In this document: one piece after another, positions 48,786-59,437 of the stretch | Numbering within the stretch: position 1 is the stretch's first letter | How the letters are laid out: each line of letters begins with the position of its first letter | Assembly (NCBI GenBank): GCA_964410585.1 | Contig: CAYPFW010000001.1 | Coordinates: 288,001-352,000 of the forward strand | Direction: 5' to 3' | From: an uncultured archaeon | GTDB lineage: Archaea > Aenigmatarchaeota > Aenigmatarchaeia > QMZP01 > JACQNV01 | Length of the DNA: 64,000 nucleotides | Translations under genes and position numbers: made by a program | The notes under the pieces: model-generated | The model's database searches: none | Told to the model about the DNA's origin: nothing | The model's input: only the letters and a program-made list of their open reading frames with translations

Positions 48786-49142
48786 ATGGAAGTCACGAAA
48801 ACATATCCTGTGAATAGGATAATGCACACAAGACCAACAACTGAAGTTGCAATGCTTGCAACAAGATTGTCCAACAAACATAGAGGTTTATACTTAGACT
48901 GCAAAAATCCTAAACCACCAGAAGAAGGAGCGTGGGTTTATGTACGATGTTCAGATGTTGAGGCTATGTTGGAGAACCAAATAGGATCACACGGATCTGT
49001 TGAAATTAGAGCAACCGGAGATTTCCCAAAAGATTTACTAGAAAGGTGCGCAGACCAAATTGGGGAAGTCTATGGAAAGATAACAAAGGAAACAGAATTG
49101 CCTTATGTGGAACATTTTGGGGACGGAGACAGCTTCCCATAA
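48786..49142 (+). CDS. HPr-like phosphocarrier fold protein
   Basis: VNRIMHTRP resembles the HPr His15 motif (N..GLHARP); GSVEIRATG resembles the HPr C-terminal strand. Confidence 0.6.
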   Translation: MEVTKTYPVNRIMHTRPTTEVAMLATRLSNKHRGLYLDCKNPKPPEEGAWVYVRCSDVEAMLENQIGSHGSVEIRATGDFPKDLLERCADQIGEVYGKITKETELPYVEHFGDGDSFP

Positions 49143-49526
49143 CACTGTTATACTTGTCAAAAAGATACTGACGCCGAGGCAAACATACAAACTGACAAAA
49201 AAGCTCAAAAAAACAAGCAAAAGTACCAAAAAGTTGCAACCAAAAGACAACCAATCATTTAAATATAGAAAGCTAACATATTAAGCATCTTCACGCAGAT
49301 TGCAAAAAATATGATTAACCGACTTAAAGGCTTGGAAAACTCATTGAATGCTTTAGATTCAGCGTGTATTCAACTTAATCTTACTTCTGATTCGCCCTAT
49401 TTCAAACAAATTAAGCAGTCGATTATTGGGCTAAATTATAATTCTGTGTTTAAGCCTTCTTTGGTTGATTTGTGATATAGGTTCTTGTTTTCGTGTGTGA
49501 TTTCTTTTCCTTGAAGATTTGATTTT

Positions 49527-49952
49527 TCAGTATTCTGACTCAAAAGCTTTCAAGTTGAAGAGTTTAGCAAATTCTTTAGGTGTCGTATATTCTGGAAAGT
49601 TTTCAAAATCCCTATCATAGCTTACTAAATGTTTGAGGCCGAATTTTTTCACAACAGCAAGTTGTTCTAAGTCCTTGTCTTTTATTTTTCCTACCCACTT
49701 CTCTTTTTCTTCTTTTACATCATCGTTCAGAACAAGCGTACAGGACTCAAGCAAAAACAGTTTGATTTTAGATGCAAGGTCTTTTGGATGGTATTTCTTG
49801 AAATAAGAAAATGTTTCGTTTAAAACCCTTTCTGAAATAACACATTCTATTGTGCTATTTGTAAGCAAATCTAAAATCAGCCTACTGTTTGAGTTTGGAA
49901 ACTCAAATGCATATATGAAAACATTTGTGTCGAGAAAAATTCTAGGTTTCAT
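49527..49952 (-). CDS. PIN-domain (VapC-like) toxin
   Basis: IFLDTNVF, DKDL, VSYDRDF. Confidence 0.9.
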   Translation of the reverse strand: MKPRIFLDTNVFIYAFEFPNSNSRLILDLLTNSTIECVISERVLNETFSYFKKYHPKDLASKIKLFLLESCTLVLNDDVKEEKEKWVGKIKDKDLEQLAVVKKFGLKHLVSYDRDFENFPEYTTPKEFAKLFNLKAFESEY

Positions 49953-50181
49953 CTTCTAACCTTTCCAAATCTTTTTTCAATTGCTCTGGGCTCACATTTC
50001 TTTTTGGATAGGAAGTAATATCTTTCCAGATTTCCTTCCTGTTGAAATATCCAAGGTCCATTGCATATTTAACTATTGCTGCCCTTATTGCCTCGCTTTT
50101 TGTGGCAAAGAGGCCTTTCTCAACTAAATTGTCCAAAATCTCAGCTTCAACATCCTTAAATTTTAAAGTTAGGGTTGTCAT
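49942..50181 (-). CDS. Ribbon-helix-helix antitoxin
   Basis: LDNLVEKGLFATKSEAIRAAI; overlaps the PIN gene start. Confidence 0.88.
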   Translation of the reverse strand: MTTLTLKFKDVEAEILDNLVEKGLFATKSEAIRAAIVKYAMDLGYFNRKEIWKDITSYPKRNVSPEQLKKDLERLEDET

Positions 50182-50280
50182 ATAGTATATTTATAGTGTT
50201 TTACTATTTAAATTTGTTTTATTTTGTATAACAGTGTTATATTTGTCTAAATAAGCCCAAATCACACCACCTGGTCAAAT

Positions 50281-50715
50281 CTAAACCCAAGAAACAAAAA
50301 TAGCAGACATAACCAAAATAACAACCAAATAATGCAGCACATCAACTAAATAAAGTTTGACTGGTTTTCCTTCCCACAAAACTTTGTTCAAAGCAGTTGT
50401 TGCAATCAGTCCCAGCCACAAGAAAAATCCTACGATCAAACCCTCTGAAAGTCCTGTCGCTTGTGTCAGTTTGATAGAAAAAGCTAACACAAAACCCATT
50501 ATCAACGCAGCAATAATTGAACCAACAAGACCCTTTGCCATTCCTTTTTTGTGTTTTTCCTTAATCTCAATTTCATTAAATCCATGACCTTTAATCCAAA
50601 TTTTTCCAAAAAGATGGGGCGAATACCAAACCATTCCAATTACGAAAGAAACAACAGCAGCCACAACAACTGCAAGATAATTTACCGAGCCCAAAACAGC
50701 TAAATCTAGAACCAT
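50281..50715 (-). CDS. DUF1761 family membrane protein
   Basis: NYLAVVVAA..IGMVWYSP.LFG..W. Confidence 0.85.
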   Translation of the reverse strand: MVLDLAVLGSVNYLAVVVAAVVSFVIGMVWYSPHLFGKIWIKGHGFNEIEIKEKHKKGMAKGLVGSIIAALIMGFVLAFSIKLTQATGLSEGLIVGFFLWLGLIATTALNKVLWEGKPVKLYLVDVLHYLVVILVMSAIFVSWV

Positions 50716-50818
50716 ATTATAGCCCCTGACAGAACTTTTTAGAATTTGGCTATACTAATTGTATTCAAGAAAGTTCTATCAGCAATTATATTATTTGGCT
50801 TAACTACCTTATATAATA

Positions 50819-53170
50819 CTACTTCAACTTATGCGTCTCCATCAACTCTTTTTCAACACACTTTAGTTTTTCAGGAATTTTTATCCCTTCAATTGGATCC
50901 TTCAGACTTATGTTCTTCTCCCTCTTTGCTTTCCAAACACTTGAATTAAATTCAACCAGCTCTTCTGTTGAAAATTCTGAAAAGCTCAAACTCTCACTTT
51001 CCGGAAATTCTTCTAAATGAACATTCTTCTCCCTCAAATCCATATACAGCCTGTATGTGATAAAAGGTGCAACAGGCGCAAGCAATTTCAAAACAATATC
51101 CAAAACTTTGTTTAGTGTCCACAGAGCAGCTTGTTGCTCTTCATCTGAAAATTTTCCAGCTTCGTTATAAGCCCTTGACTTGACAAGCTCCAAATAATGG
51201 GAAGCAAGTATTTCCCAAATAAAATATCTTATTTTTGAAACAGGATTATGGAAATCATATTTTTCATATTTTTCATTTGCCTCTTTCACCAACTTATCAG
51301 CCTCTGACAATATCCAATTATCCAACGGCTGCAACTTCCCTTGGTTTTTTGGCTCAGGGAACAGAGAAATAAACTTTGCAACATTCCAAATTTTTGTCAA
51401 AAATTTTCCAGAACCCTCTATCCTATCCTCAGCGCACCTAAAATCAGTGTCTGTAAGGTTGCCTTCGAGCGCAGCCCATAATCTGATAGGTTCTGCTCCA
51501 AATTTATCCAAAAGATGTGCAGGGTCAACTGTATTCCCCAAACTCTTAGACATCTTCCTTCCTTTTCCATCAAGTATATGATAATGAATCCAAACATCTT
51601 TGAAAATTGGTTTTTTGGTTAGCTGGTAACATCTCAAAAGCGTGTAATAGAGCCATGTTCTCACAATCTCTTTCCCTTGCGGCCTTAAAGTTGCAGGAAA
51701 AGCCTTCTTGAAAAACTCGGGTTTCTCCAAATATTTCAAAATATACAAAGGCGAAATTGAAGAATCAAACCAAGTATCAAAAACCCTTGTCTCACCTTCA
51801 AACTCTGTGCTCCCACACTTAGAACAGTTTTTAACAGGCGGGGCCTCTATCCATGGTTTATAGTATTTGCCTTTTAATGGAACAATTGTATTTTTACAAT
51901 TTTTGCAATACCACAAAGGTATTTCAGTTGCGTAGTATCTTCTTCTAGAAATCGGCCAATCAATAGACACAGAGCCTATCCAATCCAAAAGTATCTGCTT
52001 GTTTTTCTGAGAATAGAAATTTATTTTGTCTGATACAGACTTCACGTCTTTCAAAAAATCAAGTTGCTTCAAATAATATTCAGGCATTGTTATGAACTCA
52101 ATCTCATCCTTAGACCTTTCGCAAACAGGTGTACTGTGCATTATTTCTTCCTTTTTAATCAAAAAGCCTTCCTTCTCCAACCGCTCAATTATTTTTGCCC
52201 TAGCTTCTTTGACTTTTAAGCCCTCTACAAATCCAGAATTTTTGTCCATCCTTCCTTTTGTTGTTATACAGGACTCTGCATTTATTTTCATTTCAATCAA
52301 AAATCTTATTGCATTTTGGTCACCTGCGGATTTACTCATGTAAAGTATACCGCTTCCATATTCTGGTTTTGCAATTGGGTGCGGCTCTATTGGAATCTCT
52401 AAATCATATATTGGAATTATCGCAGTTTTTCCTTTCAGGTGCATATATCTTTTATCTGTTGGATGGTAGACAATTATTGCAGCTGTGCAAAGAAGTTCAG
52501 GTCTTGTTGTTGCAATTGTTAAATGCTCGCCTGTTTCTTTTACTTTAACTCTGATATAATTTAGAAAAGTTTTAATGTCTGCATGATCCACCTCATTATC
52601 AGCTACAGTTGTTTGGCATCCAGGGCACCAGTTGTTTAACCTCTTGTCTTGGTATACTAAACCAGCATTCCACAAATCAATAAACGTCGCCTGTGTGAGC
52701 TTCCTATACTCATCTGAGTCTGTAAGATAAACATCGCCTGGATTGTCTCCAATATCCCAAGAACTGAAAGAAATTCCAGCTCTGAAAAATGTCTCAGTTG
52801 ACTTCAAACTAAATTCTTCCAAAAGCTGCTTGCAAAGCTTGATAAAGGCCTCTCTGCTGACATCGTTTATTGTGATCTTGAATTTTTTTTCTGTGGCGAC
52901 CTCTATCGGTAATCCATTTCTATCCAAACCCAGAGGAAACAGGACCTCAAATCCTTTCATCCTCCTGAATCTTGCAAACATGTCCATGAGTATGTATGTT
53001 GTTGCATGCCCCATGTGAACAGGCGCATTTACATATGGAGGCGGCGTATCGATTGAATAAACAGGTTTTTTAGAATCAGAATCAAACTTGTAAGTTTTAG
53101 ATTTCTTCCACTCTTCGTATATCGGCCTCTCTAGTTCCTTTTTCCAGGATTTCTCTTTTATTTCTCCCAT
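50819..53170 (-). CDS. valS: Valine--tRNA ligase
   Basis: IDTPPP, HMGH, IATTRPEL, DTWFDSS, KMSKS. Confidence 0.95.
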   Translation of the reverse strand: MGEIKEKSWKKELERPIYEEWKKSKTYKFDSDSKKPVYSIDTPPPYVNAPVHMGHATTYILMDMFARFRRMKGFEVLFPLGLDRNGLPIEVATEKKFKITINDVSREAFIKLCKQLLEEFSLKSTETFFRAGISFSSWDIGDNPGDVYLTDSDEYRKLTQATFIDLWNAGLVYQDKRLNNWCPGCQTTVADNEVDHADIKTFLNYIRVKVKETGEHLTIATTRPELLCTAAIIVYHPTDKRYMHLKGKTAIIPIYDLEIPIEPHPIAKPEYGSGILYMSKSAGDQNAIRFLIEMKINAESCITTKGRMDKNSGFVEGLKVKEARAKIIERLEKEGFLIKKEEIMHSTPVCERSKDEIEFITMPEYYLKQLDFLKDVKSVSDKINFYSQKNKQILLDWIGSVSIDWPISRRRYYATEIPLWYCKNCKNTIVPLKGKYYKPWIEAPPVKNCSKCGSTEFEGETRVFDTWFDSSISPLYILKYLEKPEFFKKAFPATLRPQGKEIVRTWLYYTLLRCYQLTKKPIFKDVWIHYHILDGKGRKMSKSLGNTVDPAHLLDKFGAEPIRLWAALEGNLTDTDFRCAEDRIEGSGKFLTKIWNVAKFISLFPEPKNQGKLQPLDNWILSEADKLVKEANEKYEKYDFHNPVSKIRYFIWEILASHYLELVKSRAYNEAGKFSDEEQQAALWTLNKVLDIVLKLLAPVAPFITYRLYMDLREKNVHLEEFPESESLSFSEFSTEELVEFNSSVWKAKREKNISLKDPIEGIKIPEKLKCVEKELMETHKLK

Positions 53171-53274
53171 AGCTAGTAGCGTATTCAATAAATGAATAAT
53201 ATAATAGCCTGCTTATTTTATAAAACACTTTCTTCATTGATCACTTATATATCAAAGTTCAGCCAATTACTTAG

Positions 53275-53994
53275 ATGAGCAGAAAGCCACGAACAATAAA
53301 ATTTCCACACAAGGAAACAAGCGGCCTTGGATATGAAATAAAAGATATAATCCTTGGAGCACAGGATGGTTTAGTCAATGTTCTTGGAGTGATTTTAGCA
53401 GTTGCTGCAGCAACAACAGTCACAAAACTTGTTATAATAGCTGGTTTAGCTGCTACATTTGCAGAATCAATTTCAATGGGCGCCGTTGCTTATACTTCAA
53501 CAAAATCTTTGAAGGCCTTTTACCAAAGCGAATTAGAGAGGGAGAAAAGGGAGATAGAAGAACTTCCTAAACAAGAGAGAGAAGAAATAAAACAGGTCTA
53601 CATTCAAAAAGGATTCACAGGAACCTTGCTCAATCAAGTTGTCAGTAAAATCACATCAAATAAAAAAGTTTGGCTAGACACAATGATGAATGAAGAGCTT
53701 AAGCTTCCTGCACCTGAAAATGAAAAACCAGTAAAAAGCGCCCTTGTTGTTGGGTTTTCAGCCCTAGTTGGCTCGCTTTTCCCTCTTTTGTCCTTCTTGT
53801 TTTTACCAGTGCCTGAAGCTTCAATAATATCAATAATAATTTCTATACTCGTCCTGTTCTTACTCGGTGCAGCAAAAGCGAAGGTAACAGTAGGTAAGTG
53901 GTGGAGGAGTGGTTTGGAGATATCTATTATCGGAATAGTGGCTGCGTTGGTTGGTTATGGTATAGGAGCAATATTGGGAGTCACAGTTATATGA
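53275..53994 (+). CDS. VIT1/CCC1 family metal transporter
   Basis: IILGAQDGLV, ESISMGAVAY, MMNEEL. Confidence 0.92.
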   Translation: MSRKPRTIKFPHKETSGLGYEIKDIILGAQDGLVNVLGVILAVAAATTVTKLVIIAGLAATFAESISMGAVAYTSTKSLKAFYQSELEREKREIEELPKQEREEIKQVYIQKGFTGTLLNQVVSKITSNKKVWLDTMMNEELKLPAPENEKPVKSALVVGFSALVGSLFPLLSFLFLPVPEASIISIIISILVLFLLGAAKAKVTVGKWWRSGLEISIIGIVAALVGYGIGAILGVTVI

Positions 53995-54512
53995 TAGAAA
54001 CAGTAGGCTATGCTTTTAGTTTTTTTGGAGATCCAAGGGTTTGGATAATCTTATCTGTCTTGCTTTTTGCAGCCAGAATGTTTTACAGGGCAAAAAAAAT
54101 CAACAAGCTTTTGTGGGTAAAAGCATTCATTATTTTTGTTGGCGTTTCAATGGGCTTAGCCTTCCTATCATCCGTCATTTTGAAAGATATCTTCCAAGTA
54201 CCTAGGCCTTGCTCAACAATTCCAGGAAGCCCAAACTATACTGCGGATTGCCCGCCAGATCCTTCCTTTCCTTCAGGCCATGCAACAACTGGTTTTGCCG
54301 CAGCAACTGGACTATTCCTTTTAGCTAGAAAAAAATTCAAGCTCAGTCGCTCTGTTTTGATTTATTTGATTGGAATTCTACCAGCAATTGGAAGGGTTAT
54401 GCAAGGTGTTCACACTTTTGCAGACATCACAGCAGGCGCTGTTTTAGGGATAGCTTTCAGCCTTGTTTTTTATTTTGTTATAACAACACTACACCAAAAA
54501 TTCAAAAAATAA
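53991..54512 (+). CDS. PAP2 family phosphatase
   Basis: K......RP, SFPSGH, GRVMQGVHTFAD. Confidence 0.92.
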   Translation: MIETVGYAFSFFGDPRVWIILSVLLFAARMFYRAKKINKLLWVKAFIIFVGVSMGLAFLSSVILKDIFQVPRPCSTIPGSPNYTADCPPDPSFPSGHATTGFAAATGLFLLARKKFKLSRSVLIYLIGILPAIGRVMQGVHTFADITAGAVLGIAFSLVFYFVITTLHQKFKK

Positions 54513-54513
54513 C

Positions 54514-54903
54514 TTATTTCTCCAACATCTCTTTCATTGGTTCCCAATAATGCTCATGCCAACCATCGCCTATTGCTTTTGCAAATTTATCTGGGACATT
54601 TTCCTGTGTAAAAGTCAGCTTGCACCCATCTTTTGTTTCTTCTAACAAAAAAGTCGCTTTTGAAAAATGGTTTTCTGGCCAATCTGCAGCTCTCCACTCT
54701 TGGACAATTTTCTTGTCTTTAACAAGTTCCAAGTTTTTACCTTCAATATAGCCACTGTATGCTGATATTTTCCCGCCAGCCTTTGTGCTGATTTTTGCAA
54801 CATCTCCAGTGAATTGGGAATGTTTTTTAGAATTCATTAAAGCTTCGTAGACTTCATGAGATGAAGCTTTGAAAACAACAATCTGTTTTATTGTTTTTGC
54901 CAT
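54514..54903 (-). CDS. SRPBCC/Aha1-domain protein
   Basis: VYEALMNS, KIVQEWR..DW, GWHEHYW. Confidence 0.9.
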   Translation of the reverse strand: MAKTIKQIVVFKASSHEVYEALMNSKKHSQFTGDVAKISTKAGGKISAYSGYIEGKNLELVKDKKIVQEWRAADWPENHFSKATFLLEETKDGCKLTFTQENVPDKFAKAIGDGWHEHYWEPMKEMLEK

Positions 54904-54907
54904 ATTA

Positions 54908-55366
54908 TCACCCCTTTCTGTCCCCTGTACGCGAAGGCTTCCAAGGCAGGTTTGGAAGAGGATCTAATTTCTCTCCATAAAAATCAGCTATATGTTCAGT
55001 GACAGAATTGACGTAAACAGCAGCTATTTTCACACTTGCTCCTCTCCCCTGGAATTCTCGTTGAGCATACACAAATCCTCTACCAGTTGGCAAATCATCT
55101 TCCAGCAACAAAACGTTTAATCCAGAAATATCTCCTTGTATATCGTACACAATCCTTCTTTCATCCCCATTCCTTACAATGCTTATGGGTCTAACATCCC
55201 TAAAAGGAGCACCGTATTTCTGACTTAATTTTTCTGCAAGAATTCCAGCAGGAATTAAACCACCACACATGGATGGGACTATTACATCAGGCCTATAGTT
55301 TCTCATCATTTCTACTAGTTTATCAATATCTGCTTCAAATTCCTGCCAAGATTTTGTGCTTTGCAT
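54908..55366 (-). CDS. Phosphoribosyltransferase family protein
   Basis: GGLIPA, VLLLEDDLPTG, LPW. Confidence 0.85.
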   Translation of the reverse strand: MQSTKSWQEFEADIDKLVEMMRNYRPDVIVPSMCGGLIPAGILAEKLSQKYGAPFRDVRPISIVRNGDERRIVYDIQGDISGLNVLLLEDDLPTGRGFVYAQREFQGRGASVKIAAVYVNSVTEHIADFYGEKLDPLPNLPWKPSRTGDRKG

Positions 55367-55413
55367 ATTTTTTTCGTATACCAGTTTTATTACAAACTAA
55401 AAACCACTCTACA

Positions 55414-55902
55414 CTACAACTCATACTTATATTTGTCCCACAAAACCAAAAACGTTGGTGCAAAACTTTCTTGGTTTGAAAGCATCTCTTCTATTTTTTC
55501 CTTCTGCACAAACTCGCCACCAGCAACATCGTCTTTGTTTGGATCAACTTTGTCTGCAATACAATAAAATGTTGTTACAAATCTTTTGACTCCATCAAAA
55601 TTATAGAAACTTGTTCCTAGAATATTTAATTTCGGCCTTATACCAAACTCTTTCCCAAGCGTCCTGTGTGCTGCTTTTTGTATGTCTTCTGTGCTCCTGA
55701 CAATGCCTGCGGATGAAACTCCATATTTCCCAACATACATGCCAGCTCTCTCGGGAATAATAGAAAGGAAAATTTCATTCCTTGAATTTTTCACAAAAAT
55801 ATACACACATTTCAGGATATCGTTCTGCTTGTCTATTTGTACTTTTTCTTTTGTCTCTTTAATCCTTCCATCCTCAGAATATGTGTTAACTAGATCTGCC
55901 AT
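55414..55902 (-). CDS. NUDIX/IDI-like protein
   Basis: VYIFVKNS, SSAGIV..TEDIQKAAHRTLGKEFGI. Confidence 0.75.
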   Translation of the reverse strand: MADLVNTYSEDGRIKETKEKVQIDKQNDILKCVYIFVKNSRNEIFLSIIPERAGMYVGKYGVSSAGIVRSTEDIQKAAHRTLGKEFGIRPKLNILGTSFYNFDGVKRFVTTFYCIADKVDPNKDDVAGGEFVQKEKIEEMLSNQESFAPTFLVLWDKYKYEL

Positions 55903-55944
55903 TTTTAGAATATCAAACAAAGATTTAAAAACACATTGCTCTAA

Positions 55945-57150
55945 TCAGCTCATTCTATATCTAAGTATAGCAGCAATTCCGCCTAATCCTTTTAATTGCT
56001 CCCCATATGCAGATTCTCCAGAAATCATTTCAACATTTGTTTGGTTTTTTTCTGCTACTTGTATTATTTTGTTCAGTACATCGTGTTCAGTTGCATGCAA
56101 ATTTTGACCACAGTTTGGACATTTCAAACTCAGCTTGCTTCTTCTAATAAGCTTTTTTTCAGAGTGTCCACAAGAACATTTTACCTCAGCTTCTATCCAA
56201 TCAAAATCTTCTGAAACCAGCAATGTTTCAACAACGCCTGATTCCAGGGATTTTGCAATTTCCTTCAAACCATACAAGGCCAGACCTGTCTCCTTTCCAA
56301 GCTCAGCAAAAAACCTTTCCATGAGCTTTTTTTCTTTGACAAAAGAAGCCTCTGCAAGCAAGCTCTCTCCTCTTTCCAGTGCTTCTTGCATACCATACTC
56401 ACCAGAATATGCAGTGTCAACTGTCCCCAGCACCTTTTTCTGTATTTCAGAAGTCAAATATGCCTCCTTCATGAAAAAATCTTTTGTTGGGCCAGGACCA
56501 GCTAATATAACTCCTTTCAAATCTCTCTCCTTCAAAAATATTTCATCTGCTATTTGTGCAATTTTTTTCAACCAATCATTTAGCAAACCTTCCCTTACTC
56601 TTGCAAACCTATTTGCAGACCACCCGCCCGCTTTAAATTTTCCTGGAACCATAGAATCCATGTGTTTAACTGGAATAACTTTTTTGCCTCGTATGAAACC
56701 TATTGTAGCCTCATTTGCATCAAAAACCATTATACCATAGACCTCTTTTTCTCTAAAAGCATCTTTCAATGGATCTAAAATAAATTCCTTATCACATCTG
56801 TAAAGTTTTTGTGTTATTGGATCTGGGGGCTCAATTCCCCAAAGTTCTATGTCGTCTGCACCTTCAACCTTAGAAATATTTCCACAAAAAACAGCCAGCC
56901 CATTTTTCGGAGTTTCTTTGTAAGCTCTTAAATGAGCCAATATTTTTTCCAAAGCAGCAATCACATTATTCCTTGTCGATTTTGATTTAATATTCATTGC
57001 AGTTGATTTCTCGCCTGCTATCTGCTCTATAACCTTGTTTAGGTTGTATCCAGCAGGCACATATACAGTCACGAGTTCTGTATGGCTACCCCTAATCTTT
57101 TCCAGTTCCTGCAACAACAATTTTAATTTATGGTGATCTAAATCAGACAT
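55945..57150 (-). CDS. prf1: Peptide chain release factor aRF1 (GGQ replaced by GGW)
   Basis: TELVTVYVP, NIKS, YRCDKEF, AGPGPTK, Zn ribbon, LGGIAAILRY. Confidence 0.93.
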   Translation of the reverse strand: MSDLDHHKLKLLLQELEKIRGSHTELVTVYVPAGYNLNKVIEQIAGEKSTAMNIKSKSTRNNVIAALEKILAHLRAYKETPKNGLAVFCGNISKVEGADDIELWGIEPPDPITQKLYRCDKEFILDPLKDAFREKEVYGIMVFDANEATIGFIRGKKVIPVKHMDSMVPGKFKAGGWSANRFARVREGLLNDWLKKIAQIADEIFLKERDLKGVILAGPGPTKDFFMKEAYLTSEIQKKVLGTVDTAYSGEYGMQEALERGESLLAEASFVKEKKLMERFFAELGKETGLALYGLKEIAKSLESGVVETLLVSEDFDWIEAEVKCSCGHSEKKLIRRSKLSLKCPNCGQNLHATEHDVLNKIIQVAEKNQTNVEMISGESAYGEQLKGLGGIAAILRYRMS

Positions 57151-57276
57151 AAGTTTCCTAGAAACAGTTGGTCAGTTTGAACCGACTGGCTTATTTTTAA
57201 AACTAACAAAATCAACAAACTTCCCTTTTGTATTTGAAACAGATTCCATGCATTTAATTATTTCATGTATTTAAAA

Positions 57277-59370
57277 CTATTTTCGGAAAGTAACTGTCTT
57301 CACAGTTGTATATCCCATATATTCTGCTGTGATTTCCATGTCAACAGGATAGGGTCCACTGTAGTACTCACTGCAAAAATAAGCCTTTTTCAAATCTTGA
57401 ACCCATGGATAAAGACAAGGATAAGCCATTGTATTAACTTTTCTGGTCACTTTCGCATTTGAAATTGTGCCCCCTCTATTATCTTTAACATGGACAATTG
57501 CCTCCACATATTCTTTGTTTGTTTGATCGATTTCTATACTTTGATTTGCAACTTCAATTTTTATTCCAGTTAACCACGAAGGTGATTTTTCTTCTATAAC
57601 TGCATCATCTATATCTAGGATATTGTCGCCATCTCTATCAGCCCATCCCATTTCAGCAGCGCACACACCGAGATCTATTTTTTTAAGCTCTGTTCCAGTG
57701 CTACACATTAGATTGTTGTTGAAAGCACTTTCACACAGATTACCAAAGTAAAGATCTCTGCATCCAAAAATATGAGCAATTTCATGGGCCATATATGTGG
57801 GGTGAGTAGTAGATTGTATAATCATATTTTCAAAAAATTTCAATCCAACAGCGTGTCCTCTAGAAGACTTAACTTGTTTATTTGTGATTATTACTATAAT
57901 ATCATAAAGGCTGAGATCCACTTTATTTGCTAATTCTGTATACGAGCTTGTTGTATTGAAATTGGTTCCAGCAAACTCATCTGTCGCATCCTTTATTATA
58001 TCAGACGATATGTTAACACGACCTATGTAAGAAAACTCTATATCTATCATATCCTTCCCAGCATATTTCAAAGCTTCTCTATCATACCAATCAGCTATTT
58101 CCTTTGTATTGGAAATTTCGTCTCCTGTTAGCTCCCTGTCTAGAGATATCAGACCTACACTTATTTTACCCTTTGGTTTTACAAATTTGTCAATGAAAAA
58201 CCACCACGACATACCATTCAAACAATCTGCTCCTGTAGAACAATCCCTATCAAGATAATACACACCATTAACACACATTCCCTCTAACCCAAACTTGTTT
58301 TTACCACATGATGTTGCATTTGAGTCATAAACTAAAATCTGCTTAGATTCCTTTATGGTGTCTCTTCTTCCAAAAATTTTTATATCGCCTTCAAAATTTA
58401 TAAAACTTGGAACTAGAGTCTTTACAGTATTTCCAAAAACAGAAGATATGTTGTAGTAGGAAACAATATTTCCCTTTATTTTGACTGGAATTGACACAAC
58501 ACCCAAATCATACAGTTTTATATTTTTTGCATCGGCCTGCACATCTACACCTTGCCCTGTTAGATCAAGAGATATTTCTATAGGTGTCTTAATTCGACTT
58601 TTAATAATCATGGTTGCATCGACCCAACTATCTTTAGGAACAGTAGCTGTATCCAAATTTATTGTTATGTAAGGCGCCTCGAAGATGCTACATTCAAAGT
58701 TTGGATCAACGTTTTCATGGCATACACCATCACAAACTACACCACTACACTGACAATCCAAACAAGAAGGATCCTCAAAACTTTCACAGATTTTGTTGTA
58801 GTTGCATGTATTTGTTTTTTGGGCATTACATGATGTTTCACAGCACTTGAACGCACCATCTGTTTTTATTGGCTTGTCACAAAGAGAATCATATGGACAC
58901 AAAACTTGACACTGTGAAAAGCTTATTGGTTTTGTACATTCTTTGTCACAGCAAATTGAGTCGCTAGAAAATAAAAAATTACCGCTACATTCAGAAGCAT
59001 CTGAACATGAGTAACCATTTAACTGTGAGCACGTTTTTAATTTATCTATATCTTCACAGGTCCCTGTGCAACAACTATCTGTATCTATAGTTGCTTGAAG
59101 AGTATCTGAGCACTTTTGGTCCAGAGAACATTCTCTTCCATTTAATTCATCACATGTTGCCGATATATCAGATCCTGAACATTTCTGCGAACAGCAGAAA
59201 CCATCTGAGGCTGTAGAAAGTTCTCCAAAACATTCTTCTGGTTGACACAAATATCCATTCAAATCTGCGCACGTTTGCTCTATTGGTTGGTTTTGCAGGA
59301 CAGCAACACCCAAAGCAATGGCTAGCCCAACAACAATCAAAACAACAAGGAAAACCTGAAAACCATCCAT
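57277..59370 (-). CDS. Membrane-anchored Cys-rich-repeat zinc metallopeptidase-like protein
   Basis: N-terminal TM; TC.xLNG..C repeats; AHEIAHIFGCRDLY; CAAEMGWADRDGDNILD. Confidence 0.8.
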   Translation of the reverse strand: MDGFQVFLVVLIVVGLAIALGVAVLQNQPIEQTCADLNGYLCQPEECFGELSTASDGFCCSQKCSGSDISATCDELNGRECSLDQKCSDTLQATIDTDSCCTGTCEDIDKLKTCSQLNGYSCSDASECSGNFLFSSDSICCDKECTKPISFSQCQVLCPYDSLCDKPIKTDGAFKCCETSCNAQKTNTCNYNKICESFEDPSCLDCQCSGVVCDGVCHENVDPNFECSIFEAPYITINLDTATVPKDSWVDATMIIKSRIKTPIEISLDLTGQGVDVQADAKNIKLYDLGVVSIPVKIKGNIVSYYNISSVFGNTVKTLVPSFINFEGDIKIFGRRDTIKESKQILVYDSNATSCGKNKFGLEGMCVNGVYYLDRDCSTGADCLNGMSWWFFIDKFVKPKGKISVGLISLDRELTGDEISNTKEIADWYDREALKYAGKDMIDIEFSYIGRVNISSDIIKDATDEFAGTNFNTTSSYTELANKVDLSLYDIIVIITNKQVKSSRGHAVGLKFFENMIIQSTTHPTYMAHEIAHIFGCRDLYFGNLCESAFNNNLMCSTGTELKKIDLGVCAAEMGWADRDGDNILDIDDAVIEEKSPSWLTGIKIEVANQSIEIDQTNKEYVEAIVHVKDNRGGTISNAKVTRKVNTMAYPCLYPWVQDLKKAYFCSEYYSGPYPVDMEITAEYMGYTTVKTVTFRK

Positions 59371-59437
59371 CTATATTTTTGGCTTTCCAAATATATTAGT
59401 GTAAGGCAATTTATGTAATTTTTTGGTTGCCTTACAG

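Noticed and set aside
49311-49475. 54-aa plus-strand ORF (MINRLKG...)
   Set aside because: No SD and no recognisable motif; cannot be supported from sequence alone.
55945-57150. Stop-codon reassignment linked to the odd aRF1
   Set aside because: TAA, TAG and TGA all end conserved genes at expected positions (endA TAA, rpoH TAG, aRF1 TGA).
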